Part shown: piece by piece, positions 1 to 8,218 of the stretch
Position numbering within the stretch: the stretch's first letter is position 1
Layout of the letters: each line of letters begins with the position of its first letter
Assembly (NCBI GenBank): GCA_031411295.1
Contig: JANOAV010000214.1
Coordinates: forward strand, 1 to 15,789
Length of the DNA stretch: 15,789 nt
Direction: 5' to 3'
Source: Verrucomicrobiales bacterium
Lineage (GTDB): Bacteria; Verrucomicrobiota; Verrucomicrobiia; Verrucomicrobiales; V1-33
The notes under the pieces: model-generated
What the model saw: only the letters and a program-made list of their open reading frames with translations
Database searches by the model: none
What the model was told of the DNA's origin: nothing
Program-made: the position numbers and the translations under genes

Positions 1-78
1 TCCGTAACCGAATAATCCCGACCCGAGAGATCCACCCAACCCAACTCCCAAGCCCAACACAGCGCCCGACGCGGCGAG

Positions 79-101
79 AAAAAAGAGCGGCGTTACCGCC
101 G
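79..101 (-). terminator. Probable intrinsic terminator of the isomerase gene
   Basis: The minus strand reads CGGCG-GTAA-CGCCG-CTCTTTTTT: a 5-bp GC stem, GNRA loop and U-tract, about 50 bp after the stop at 153. The stem is short. Confidence 0.45.
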
Positions 102-152
102 ATTTATATTTGACAGACTCCTCATGGAAGGCTGGACACCAACTTATGGCCG

Positions 153-1232
153 CTATTTCCGTCCCATGCCCAGCGTTTCTTTGCAGTAGTTGATGCTGCG
201 CACCAACTCCGCTTTCTGGTAATCCTGTTCCGCCTTTTTCTTGTCAGGACCGTCCGCTTTGAATGGGGGGATTTCCTTGCCTAACTTGGCCAGCGCTTGG
301 AACCGCACGAACTCTGCGGCCCTAACTTCCTTGTAAGGACCCCAAAATTCTGTCTCGCGATACGGGAAGCCCTTGGAGAATCCGGAGATGATTTCCAAGA
401 TCACGGGTTTCTCCGGCATCAGTTCCGTCCAGCGCTTGGCGATGGGTTTGAAATCGACGCAGCCCTCACCCACAGCGGTCCAGGCCACGGAGGCGCCTTT
501 CTCCGTTTCCCAAATCATGGAGTCCCGGATTCCGCTGGTTAGCACATGGGGGGCCAGAGTTTCCAGACAACCGAGTGGATCTTCCAGCGTCCAAGTAGCG
601 TTGCCAGTGTCCAAAGTGGCTCCCACGAAATCAGGTCCGGCGGATTCGATCAAATGCAGGAGTTCCCAGGCCTGCATGTCGCCTGCATGGTTCTCTACCG
701 CAAATTTCACGCCGTGATCTTGGGCATACGATTTCACTTCCTTGAGCACTGCCACCATATCCTTGATGCGGGCCATGATGCCGCCGGGAGTCTTGCGATC
801 TTCGCCAAAGCCTAACACGCAGCGCGCCACGGGCGAGCCCAAGTCGTGCGCCACGCGGACCAGTAACTTGGCGTGCTCCTGGGCCGTGCCGCGTTTGTTG
901 GAGAATTTGCTGGACGTGGGACAGAGCGAAAGTGTGCCCGCCATCAATTCAATGCCCAGACTTTTCGCCTTGGCTCCCACCTCTTTTAAATGTGGCGTTT
1001 CCAGACTCTCGTAGGAATCCAAATCGGAAATCAAGAGTGCATCCAGTTTGTGCTCCGCCGCAAAATCCAACAACTGCCCAGCCTTCCATCCCAGTGCCCG
1101 CACGGAAAAGTTATCGAAGCCCAGTTTCAAGCGGGCCGCGTTAGCCGTAGTTTCCGCCGCCACAGTCCAGTCCGGCAGCGCCATGGCTCCTGCTCCCAGT
1201 GCGATTGATTTCAAATAGTCCCGACGTTGCAT
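153..1232 (-). CDS. Tat-exported sugar phosphate isomerase/epimerase (xylose isomerase-like/AP endonuclease 2 TIM barrel)
   Basis: Likely start is the ATG at 1232, giving MQRRDYLKS..., a twin-arginine signal with a hydrophobic stretch and AxA. Metal-site motifs AVENHAGD, LDTGN, IRDS and ILEI are present. Confidence 0.8.
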   Translation of the reverse strand: MQRRDYLKSIALGAGAMALPDWTVAAETTANAARLKLGFDNFSVRALGWKAGQLLDFAAEHKLDALLISDLDSYESLETPHLKEVGAKAKSLGIELMAGTLSLCPTSSKFSNKRGTAQEHAKLLVRVAHDLGSPVARCVLGFGEDRKTPGGIMARIKDMVAVLKEVKSYAQDHGVKFAVENHAGDMQAWELLHLIESAGPDFVGATLDTGNATWTLEDPLGCLETLAPHVLTSGIRDSMIWETEKGASVAWTAVGEGCVDFKPIAKRWTELMPEKPVILEIISGFSKGFPYRETEFWGPYKEVRAAEFVRFQALAKLGKEIPPFKADGPDKKKAEQDYQKAELVRSINYCKETLGMGRK

Positions 1233-1307
1233 AAGTTCATTCATGAGTGCAGCAGAGCAGATCCCGATTTTCTGTGCAATCATAAACCGGGGCGCAAAAG
1301 AGGGTGG

Positions 1308-1439
1308 TAGGAGTGATTATTCCACAGCCCAATACAAAACAAGACGCTCGGAGTTCCGCCTTTAGGCGGTTGCGCAGACACAGTTCGAACCGCCTAAAGG
1401 CGGAACTCCTAGCCTTATCTTGTGGAATAATCACCCCTA
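1308..1439. mobile_element. 132-bp non-autonomous miniature inverted-repeat element (MITE) with a 9-bp target-site duplication
   Basis: Terminal IRs TAGGAGTGATTATTCCACA (1308-1326) and TGTGGAATAATCACCCCTA (1421-1439) are 18/19 complementary. The element is flanked by the perfect direct repeat AGAGGGTGG at 1299-1307 and 1440-1448, and is intergenic. Confidence 0.8.
1350..1409. repeat. REP doublet (REPIN-like): two inverted 22-bp REP-type palindromes
   Basis: GGAGTTCCGCCTTTAGGCGGTT (1350-1371) and its exact reverse complement (1388-1409), with a 16-bp spacer. Each arm is a GGAG tetranucleotide followed by the hairpin CCGCCT-TT-AGGCGG. Confidence 0.8.
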
Positions 1440-1468
1440 AGAGGGTGGAGTGCGGACCACCTGACGGA

Positions 1469-3616
1469 TCACTTCACCAACGCATATTCCACGTAGCCGA
1501 TCATCATTTCATCGGTCGTCTGTTCCCCCCAGGTTACGGTGCGGGTGGCATCGGGATTGGCAGGGTTGCCGGTGCTGTTGTCATACCAGCCGATGGCTTT
1601 GATCTTGGAACCAGCGGGCAGGATGGGTGGGTTCTGATAGCGATAGGCAATCTGCCAGTTGAAGTCATAGCGGGGGATGTTGAGGAGGTTCTGCGTTTCC
1701 CCGGTTGGCAGCGTGATGTCATAGCGGAAGGATTTTCCCCGCACATGCATGTGGGGCATAAACCCCAGCAATTCCACCGCCACCGGAACTGGCGTGGTGG
1801 CGCTCTCGGCGTGATTCGCAGCTCCTGCGGGAATGCGCAGTTTCGGCTGCGCCACGGGAATTACTTCCACCACATGGGCTGCCGGACCTTGGGTAAATTT
1901 CAGGCCGACCTTGACCTGATCCGTCGTGGCGGTGCCATTCGGGGTGTAGTGAATTTGGAATCGGAGCCGACTTCCCGCAGGCAAATACTTCCCATAGCCG
2001 GGCGGATAGGACACATAGTTATTGCCGGGCACGAAGGCGGCCAGATAGGCGTCGCCATGCGATTTCTTTTTGCCGTCGGGAGGTTTCACGAAGACCAGCA
2101 CGTGATGCACCACCTCCCGGGCGCTGGGCTGCACTTCCCACGCCTGCACCCAGCGATCTTCCTTGAGCAGGGTCTCCACGGTAACATTTTGATAGGGCAT
2201 GATACCCTCAGCCTTGATTGCGATGGGTTGGGGAATTTGGTAAACCACCTCCGGCGTTCCAATCATCCACTCCTTATGTGGACTGCGCGGCAAGGGTGCC
2301 TCCGCGGCTGCGCCTTCGGGTTTCCCATGGTCCAACCACGCCAGCAAGGCCGCACGATCCGCCGACACCAGTGAACGATCCCGTTCCCACAAAGAGTGCG
2401 CTGCCTTGGGTAAAGGCTCCGCCATCCAGGGCGGCATGGCACCACTGCTGATCACCTTCCGAATCATGCCGGCCTTGGCTTTGACTTGGTCCAAGGTTTC
2501 TAGGGCGAAGGGGGCCACGCCTCCCTGATGATGGCACTCCAGGCAGTTCGCTTGAATGATTCGGGAGACGCGATTGTGATAGGTTATGGCGTCGGTGGGT
2601 TCCTCCATCGGCTTAACCTCAAGGGCGCAGCCGGGGGCCTCGGTGGCCGCATGGATGATTTCCTGTTGGGACAGCAGCGCTTGAAGGGCCGTAACCAAAT
2701 AGCGTTGGCTGGGCTCCGGTTTGCTGTAACCCAAGCCATATTGATCATCAATCGCGCCCCGATAAACCAATGTTTGCGCCGCATCGAGGACAAATGTGTC
2801 TGTGCTGCAAGTGGCCCCCAAGGCCGCGAGCAGCGTGGCATTCTCACCAGCGTGGACTTGTCCTGGTAAATTCAACGAGGTGGGATCTTCCGTCTTGGTG
2901 GTAGTTAGGAAGTGGAATTCCACGCCTTGGGCGGAAAACGTTTTAGCCAGTCGCTGCAACTCCGGAACGTAACGTTTACTAACGGGGCAGGTAGTGCTAA
3001 CCAACGCCAAAACCGTCACCTTGGCCTTGGGATCGTGTTTCCAACTGGCATCCAACGCAATCCTCCGGCCGATCTGGTGCTCGGCGGGCCGCAGGATGCG
3101 CGGTGATTTTAAGTCTGGCACCGGAACTGGAAATGGCGGTGGCGGAGCGCTGGCGACGGCCTCGGGAGAGGTCGGTGGAGGAAGCTTTGCTAGGGAGCGC
3201 TTGATTTCTGGCCAGGAAACCAACCCGTCATCGTTGCGATCCATCCGCAGCAGCCAACTCAGTTTCCCTAACTCCTCAGCGGAAAGCTGACCGTCCTGAT
3301 TTTTGTCGCCTGCCTTGAAGCGACGCTCGACTTCCTCATCGCTCGGCACTGCTGCGCGCAATTGCTCAGCGGAAGCCCGGCCCAGCTGATCGTAAATCTC
3401 ATCGGTCGTGAGGAACTTGTCGCCATCGGCATCAGCGCCTTCCAGCAGCGCTGCCCACGGGGCGGCTTTGACCTCCTCCGGGCTGAGTTTGCCGTCCTGG
3501 TTCGCATCGTAGCGCGCAAATTGCTCGGCCACCTTGATCTGCAAGGCGGCAGGGGCGCAGATGGGCAGCAGGATAAGAGAAGCGACGGAGAGGGAGATCT
3601 GAAAAGGTGATTTCAT
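1469..3616 (-). CDS. Secreted multidomain protein: 4 EF-hands + redoxin (thioredoxin-like) domain + CxxCH cytochrome c motif + copper type II (PHM/DBH-like) monooxygenase domains
   Basis: Probable start is the ATG at 3616 (MKSPFQISLSVASLILLP..., signal peptide). EF loops DANQDGKLSPEE, DADGDKFLTTDE, DKNQDGQLSAEE, DRNDDGLVSWPE; redoxin TCPVS...YRGAIDDQY...GC; CLECH with MPPW; VVHH, QIHY, PHMH and DEMM. Confidence 0.8.
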   Translation of the reverse strand: MKSPFQISLSVASLILLPICAPAALQIKVAEQFARYDANQDGKLSPEEVKAAPWAALLEGADADGDKFLTTDEIYDQLGRASAEQLRAAVPSDEEVERRFKAGDKNQDGQLSAEELGKLSWLLRMDRNDDGLVSWPEIKRSLAKLPPPTSPEAVASAPPPPFPVPVPDLKSPRILRPAEHQIGRRIALDASWKHDPKAKVTVLALVSTTCPVSKRYVPELQRLAKTFSAQGVEFHFLTTTKTEDPTSLNLPGQVHAGENATLLAALGATCSTDTFVLDAAQTLVYRGAIDDQYGLGYSKPEPSQRYLVTALQALLSQQEIIHAATEAPGCALEVKPMEEPTDAITYHNRVSRIIQANCLECHHQGGVAPFALETLDQVKAKAGMIRKVISSGAMPPWMAEPLPKAAHSLWERDRSLVSADRAALLAWLDHGKPEGAAAEAPLPRSPHKEWMIGTPEVVYQIPQPIAIKAEGIMPYQNVTVETLLKEDRWVQAWEVQPSAREVVHHVLVFVKPPDGKKKSHGDAYLAAFVPGNNYVSYPPGYGKYLPAGSRLRFQIHYTPNGTATTDQVKVGLKFTQGPAAHVVEVIPVAQPKLRIPAGAANHAESATTPVPVAVELLGFMPHMHVRGKSFRYDITLPTGETQNLLNIPRYDFNWQIAYRYQNPPILPAGSKIKAIGWYDNSTGNPANPDATRTVTWGEQTTDEMMIGYVEYALVK

Positions 3617-3727
3617 AGCGGCGGAGTTTACGCCAATCGCAGCCTTTACGCCAAGGTAGAAATTAATACGCGCATTGGGTAGCACGCGTTCCAAACTCTG
3701 GGAACGTGGTTCCGTCAGGCCCTTAAC

Positions 3728-4453
3728 TTACCGCTGGGCCACCCACGTGATTGCTTGGGCGAGGATTTTGCGGAAATTCTCGTTGGTCCAAGCAGTGGGG
3801 CCGTGACCCAGTTGAAGATAGACCAGCTTGGACTTACCCGTGGTCTTCGCCCAGGCGAGGACTTTGCCGCTTTTTTCCTGAGTGGTCCCCAGCAATGGGG
3901 TGACCTCGGTGCCAACGCGGAAACCCCAATAGATTTCGTCTTTGATGGTGAAATTCTCGATCCCATCCACGACCGGATGCTTCGCGTCCAGGATGGTTAC
4001 TGGGATCTCGACATCATGCTGATAACCCTTGGTCTCCGTGACCTTTCCCGCCTGGCCGTCTGCTTCCGGATACCGCCCTCCGATGATGGTCTCATACTCC
4101 GCCCACTTCTGATAGGAGGCCAGCGCATGATGCCACACCACGAGGCCAATCCCTTTGGCACGGACGGCGGCAAATTGCTTTAAACCGGCCTCGCTGATCG
4201 TTTGCATCATGTCATAGAGCACGATGACGTCGTAGGTTAGCAGATCCTTCCGCTCCCACGCCGTGGCGGTTTTCCCCTCATGGACTGCTTCAGTGAATTC
4301 AATCGCTGGATTTCCCATAAAAAGCGCTAAAAACGGAAGCCGATCAAACCCATGGCCTCCCGTCATCACCAAGACGCGAAGTTTGGGGGGCGGCGTCTGG
4401 GCTGGAAGCCATGTGGCGGCCACGAGGAGGGAAAGAAAAGTGGGGCGTTTCAT
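3728..4453 (-). CDS. ThuA-like (trehalose utilization / class I glutamine amidotransferase-like fold) secreted protein
   Basis: Signal peptide; motifs VLVMTGGHGF, YDVIVLYD, GLVVWHH, HPV, DEIY and VYLQLGH are typical of ThuA-domain proteins. Confidence 0.8.
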   Translation of the reverse strand: MKRPTFLSLLVAATWLPAQTPPPKLRVLVMTGGHGFDRLPFLALFMGNPAIEFTEAVHEGKTATAWERKDLLTYDVIVLYDMMQTISEAGLKQFAAVRAKGIGLVVWHHALASYQKWAEYETIIGGRYPEADGQAGKVTETKGYQHDVEIPVTILDAKHPVVDGIENFTIKDEIYWGFRVGTEVTPLLGTTQEKSGKVLAWAKTTGKSKLVYLQLGHGPTAWTNENFRKILAQAITWVAQR

Positions 4454-4532
4454 CCCGCACAGACTGCCAAAACAAAGGGCTTCTGGTCAAGCAACGTCAT
4501 GAGAAAATATTTCACGCTAAGATTATTGCTGA

Positions 4533-4997
<465 letters not shown>

Positions 4998-5035
4998 CGC
5001 TCCACCCCAGAAATACTTTGAAACTAACTAATCCT

Positions 5036-6673
5036 ATGAAACATCTCCTTAAAACAATCATTGCCTGCGCGGCCTTGAGCGTGGGATCCTTTTCCGCGTT
5101 CGGTCAGGATGCAGCCCCCGCGGCTCCTGAACCAGCCCCGGCTCCCGCTCCCGCAGTAACTGCCCCCGCACCAGCTCCCGCTCCTGTAGTAACTGCGCCC
5201 GCACCGACTCCGGTCGCTGCCCCAGCACCAACTGCCGCCGCTCCGGTCGAGGCCGCTCCCGCCACGCCCCCAGCCGCCGCGCCCGGAACCATGGAAACCG
5301 ACACCCTCGCTTATTTCAATAACGTGGCCCCTACTGGTCCGTTGACTGGGATGGTCGGTCCTGGTCACAATGCGTTCCTGCTGATCTGTGCGGCCCTGGT
5401 GCTGTTCATGACCCTGCCAGGTCTGGCCCTTTTCTATGGCGGCCTCGTGCGTTCCAAGAATATCCTTTCTGTGATGGCTCAGTGTTTGATGCTGGCCGGA
5501 TTAGTGACCATATTATGGTTCCTCTGCGGTTACTCGTTCGTCTTCGGGGAGCACGATGCGGCATCCACGTTTGCTTTTAAAGACTACATCGGAGACATCG
5601 GAAAATACGCCTTCCTGAAAGGGGTCGAATCCGCTCCGAACACAAACTACACCGCGTGGCCTTCCCACAGCACGTTCTGTATGTATCAATTGATGTTCGC
5701 CATCATCACCCCGGCGCTGATCATCGGTGCCATTGCTGAACGGATCAAATTTTCCGGCCTCATCGCTTTCCTCACTGGTTGGATGTTCCTCGTTTACTTC
5801 CCCATGGCCCACATGGTCTGGGGCTTCGATGGTAAGTTCAACGGCGTCTGGAACGGTGGCGCTAGCCTCCCTGGGATCGACTTCGCTGGTGGCACGGTGG
5901 TGCACATGACTTCTGGTTGGTCCGCGCTCGTGCTTTGCTTGATCCTGGGCAAGCGCATGGGCTTCGGCAAACAACCCATGCCTCCGCACAGCATGGTGCT
6001 CTGTATGATCGGCACCGGGATGCTCTGGGTCGGCTGGTATGGTTTCAATGCCGGATCCGCTCTGGCTGCTGACGGCATCGCTTCCGTGGCCTTCGCCACC
6101 ACCACCATTGCCGCAGCCGTCGGTTCGTTTAGTTGGGGCCTGGCAGAAGGCATCAGCCGCGGTAAGATCAGCGTGCTCGGGCTTTGCTCCGGTGCGGTTG
6201 CCGGTCTGGTGGTCATCACCCCTGCCGCTGGTTTCGTCAGCCTCAAGAGCGCCTTCATCATGGGCATCCTCGCTGGTGTGATCCCTTACTTCGCTTGCAC
6301 CAAGATCAAGAACATCTTCAAATATGACGACTCCCTGGACACCTTCGGCGTGCACGGTGTGGGTGGAACCCTGGGAGCTATCCTCACGGCAGTCTTCGCG
6401 AACTCCAAGGTCAATCCTAACTTGGTCGGCAGCTATGCACAAGCCAACGGGATGTCCAAGATGTTCGATCCAGAGACCGGGAACGCTTCCAGCGCCCTGC
6501 TCGTGAACCACCTGATCATCTGCGGTGTCACCATCGTGCTCTCCGTAGTCGTCACGGTTGTCCTCGCCTACATCGTGAAAGCCACCCTCGGCCTGCGCTC
6601 CTCTGAGGAAGCTGAATCCCGCGGTCTGGATCTTTCCGATCACGGTGAAGAAGCCTACCACAGTGCATCGTAA
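5036..6673 (+). CDS. amtB: Ammonium transporter AmtB with signal peptide and Pro/Ala-rich N-terminal extension
   Basis: LVLFMTLPGLALFYGGLVRSKN, QLMFA, DFAGGTVVH, WYGFNAGS, DDSLDTFGVHG and GLDLSDHGE; both conserved His residues are present. Start is probably the ATG at 5036. Confidence 0.97.
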   Translation: MKHLLKTIIACAALSVGSFSAFGQDAAPAAPEPAPAPAPAVTAPAPAPAPVVTAPAPTPVAAPAPTAAAPVEAAPATPPAAAPGTMETDTLAYFNNVAPTGPLTGMVGPGHNAFLLICAALVLFMTLPGLALFYGGLVRSKNILSVMAQCLMLAGLVTILWFLCGYSFVFGEHDAASTFAFKDYIGDIGKYAFLKGVESAPNTNYTAWPSHSTFCMYQLMFAIITPALIIGAIAERIKFSGLIAFLTGWMFLVYFPMAHMVWGFDGKFNGVWNGGASLPGIDFAGGTVVHMTSGWSALVLCLILGKRMGFGKQPMPPHSMVLCMIGTGMLWVGWYGFNAGSALAADGIASVAFATTTIAAAVGSFSWGLAEGISRGKISVLGLCSGAVAGLVVITPAAGFVSLKSAFIMGILAGVIPYFACTKIKNIFKYDDSLDTFGVHGVGGTLGAILTAVFANSKVNPNLVGSYAQANGMSKMFDPETGNASSALLVNHLIICGVTIVLSVVVTVVLAYIVKATLGLRSSEEAESRGLDLSDHGEEAYHSAS

Positions 6674-6699
6674 CCACATTTTAGTTGGTTGAAAGTCAG

Positions 6700-6737
6700 A
6701 CGCTGGAGCGGGGAAACCTGCTCCAGCGTTTTTTTTT
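6700..6737 (+). terminator. Rho-independent terminator of the PII-amtB operon
   Basis: ACGCTGGAGCGGG-GAAA-CCTGCTCCAGCGT (long stem with one G-U pair, GNRA loop) followed by a run of 9 T. Confidence 0.92.
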
Positions 6738-6863
6738 GTCCGCTTCCCGGGCCCCGAATTCTGCCCCGCCCCAAAAAAATCCTCCCCAGATCTCCGCGTC
6801 CCGCCCTCCGAAACCACCGAATCTGCGCTTTTTTCTGCACCGTGTGGCCCCAAACGAGCAACT

Positions 6864-7115
6864 CCACCCGGAAAATTCCGAACGTCCAAAATAACGTTGG
6901 GGAGGCACCTCGGTAAATTCCGAATGACCAAAATAACCTTGGGGAAGCACCTCGGAAAATTCCGAATGACCAAATTAACCTTGGGCAGGCACCTCGGAAA
7001 ATTCCGCACGACCAACATAACCTTGGGGAAGCACTTCGGAAAATTCCGAATGACCAAAATAACGTTGGGGAAGCACCTCGGAAAATTCCGCACGAGCATC
7101 CAGATCTCAGGAAAG
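6864..7115. repeat. Tandem array of a 42-bp unit (about 5.5 conserved copies, degenerating at the right end)
   Basis: Units start at 6864, 6906, 6948, 6990, 7032 and 7074. Consensus CACCTCGGAAAATTCCGAATGACCAAAATAACCTTGGGGAAG, containing two inverted repeats (TCGGA-AAAT-TCCGA and CCAA-N7-TTGG). Confidence 0.95.
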
Positions 7116-7381
7116 CCCATCTGGAAATCTACCGTCCGACTAACGCCCCCACCGCAGCCACTCAAAAACCCGCCTCCATAAACTGCGGGAATCCCCCGCA
7201 TTTGAGCGCAAATCTGCAATTTCGTTGACGATCACGCGCATCTGCGACTAAATCCCAGCAAAACTCCACTATGAAATCACTTCCCCGCGCAAAAACCGAC
7301 AAGTCTGTCGCCTCTAAAGAAGCTCGGGAACAATCGACACTTCTGTCGGTGATCAACTAATTAGGCATTTCCTCGCGCACC

Positions 7382-7666
7382 ATGCCGCTCGACGATTACG
7401 AGTTCCACCCCATCACGTTTCAGGGAGTCACGTTCCCTGCGACGCTTAGGGGCATCTCTATCCTCGAGCCAGCCCTTGGCATTGAGGATGAGGACTTGGG
7501 TGATTGGCTCTGGCGCTTGCCCATCTGTTGCGGATTTCCGAAGCGGACAGCGGCGGAGCGGTGTGCTCGTTGCGCGAGACAGGCTGCTGACTTGATGCTT
7601 GAACACCGACAGCGAGTGCTCGACGGCATTCGCGACCAGTCCCTCTGTTTTCCATGCTCCATTTAA
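7382..7666 (+). CDS. Hypothetical protein (possible truncated gene-cassette ORF)
   Basis: 94-aa ORF starting about 20 bp after TTAGGC (7361). No recognisable family. Confidence 0.45.
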   Translation: MPLDDYEFHPITFQGVTFPATLRGISILEPALGIEDEDLGDWLWRLPICCGFPKRTAAERCARCARQAADLMLEHRQRVLDGIRDQSLCFPCSI

Positions 7667-7739
7667 TTCCAACATCCAACCTGCTCTCGACGCGTAGTTC
7701 CGCCCTAGCGGTGCCAGCGCTTGAGCCCCTAGCTGAAGA

Positions 7740-8162
7740 ATGAACACGACATTTCAAATCGTTTACTCACTTCTAAAGTGGATCGCGCAGATCACAGGAT
7801 TCACTTACAATGAAGTGAACATCATCGCCTATTACATCGTTCTTCCATTTGCTTACGTCATACTGGCTGACCGGATATTGAAGACGCATGCGTTGAAGTT
7901 ACTTTACGTCCTTGGCGTCACGGTGTGCCTGCGCTTCATCGCGGATTTCACTATATTTTCTGACTGGTTATTTCAGCAGTCGGTTGATTTCTTGCGTTCC
8001 TTTCAGTTTTTTGGCTGGAACTACATCGTCTCATCTGTCTTGATTTGTGTTGTCTTTCCGGCAGTTGTTTTTATCGTGATGTTTCATTTCGCATTTCCCA
8101 AGTTCTTCCCGGTGATTGGCCGTCGTCTTTCGCGGGCAGGATCTCCACCCCAAAATCGGTAA
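7740..8162 (+). CDS. Hypothetical membrane protein (about 3 TM segments), cassette-like
   Basis: 140 aa, hydrophobic, with internally repeated G(F/W)xY motifs (GFTYNEVNI / GWNYIVSSV). Visibly more AT-rich than the neighbouring housekeeping genes. Confidence 0.7.
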   Translation: MNTTFQIVYSLLKWIAQITGFTYNEVNIIAYYIVLPFAYVILADRILKTHALKLLYVLGVTVCLRFIADFTIFSDWLFQQSVDFLRSFQFFGWNYIVSSVLICVVFPAVVFIVMFHFAFPKFFPVIGRRLSRAGSPPQNR

Positions 8163-8218
8163 CGCTCCAGTTTGAATTCGGGCTTCCGTCCCCGCCGTGC
8201 ATGAGCTAGACGTTAGGC
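8157..8218 (+). other. Partial attC-like recombination site (right half)
   Basis: Starts at the stop of ORF 7740-8162 and ends in CATGAGC-TAGAC-GTTAGGC (L'-like box, spacer, GTTRRRY core). No canonical RYYYAAC left arm is seen. Confidence 0.5.

Noticed and set aside
1..125. Possible frameshifted Tat-signal gene start on the minus strand (MRSLSNINRR*...FFLAASGAVLGLG)
   Set aside because: Needs a stop read-through or frameshift, overlaps a terminator-like hairpin, and cannot be evaluated at the window edge.
1317..1430. DnaA-box-like TTATTCCACA / TGTGGAATAA pair (possible oriC)
   Set aside because: Imperfect matches that are better explained as the MITE terminal repeats; no box cluster, AT-rich unwinding element or dnaA nearby.
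1304..2374. 356-aa plus-strand ORF
   Set aside because: Begins at the edge of the MITE, runs through it, and is antisense to the monooxygenase-like gene.
6864..7115. CRISPR array or TIGR-like guide array
   Set aside because: The whole 42-bp unit is repeated with only point changes. There are no unique spacers and no cas or Nop-domain gene in the window.
6897..7181. 94-aa protein with 14-aa repeats (HLGKFRMTKITLGK)
   Set aside because: It starts at a TTG inside the array, and an open frame is expected from a unit length divisible by three. Conservation follows the DNA palindromes rather than codons. Not called as a gene.
5513..7219. 568-aa minus-strand ORF
   Set aside because: Antisense shadow of amtB running through the terminator and repeat array; no recognisable domain.
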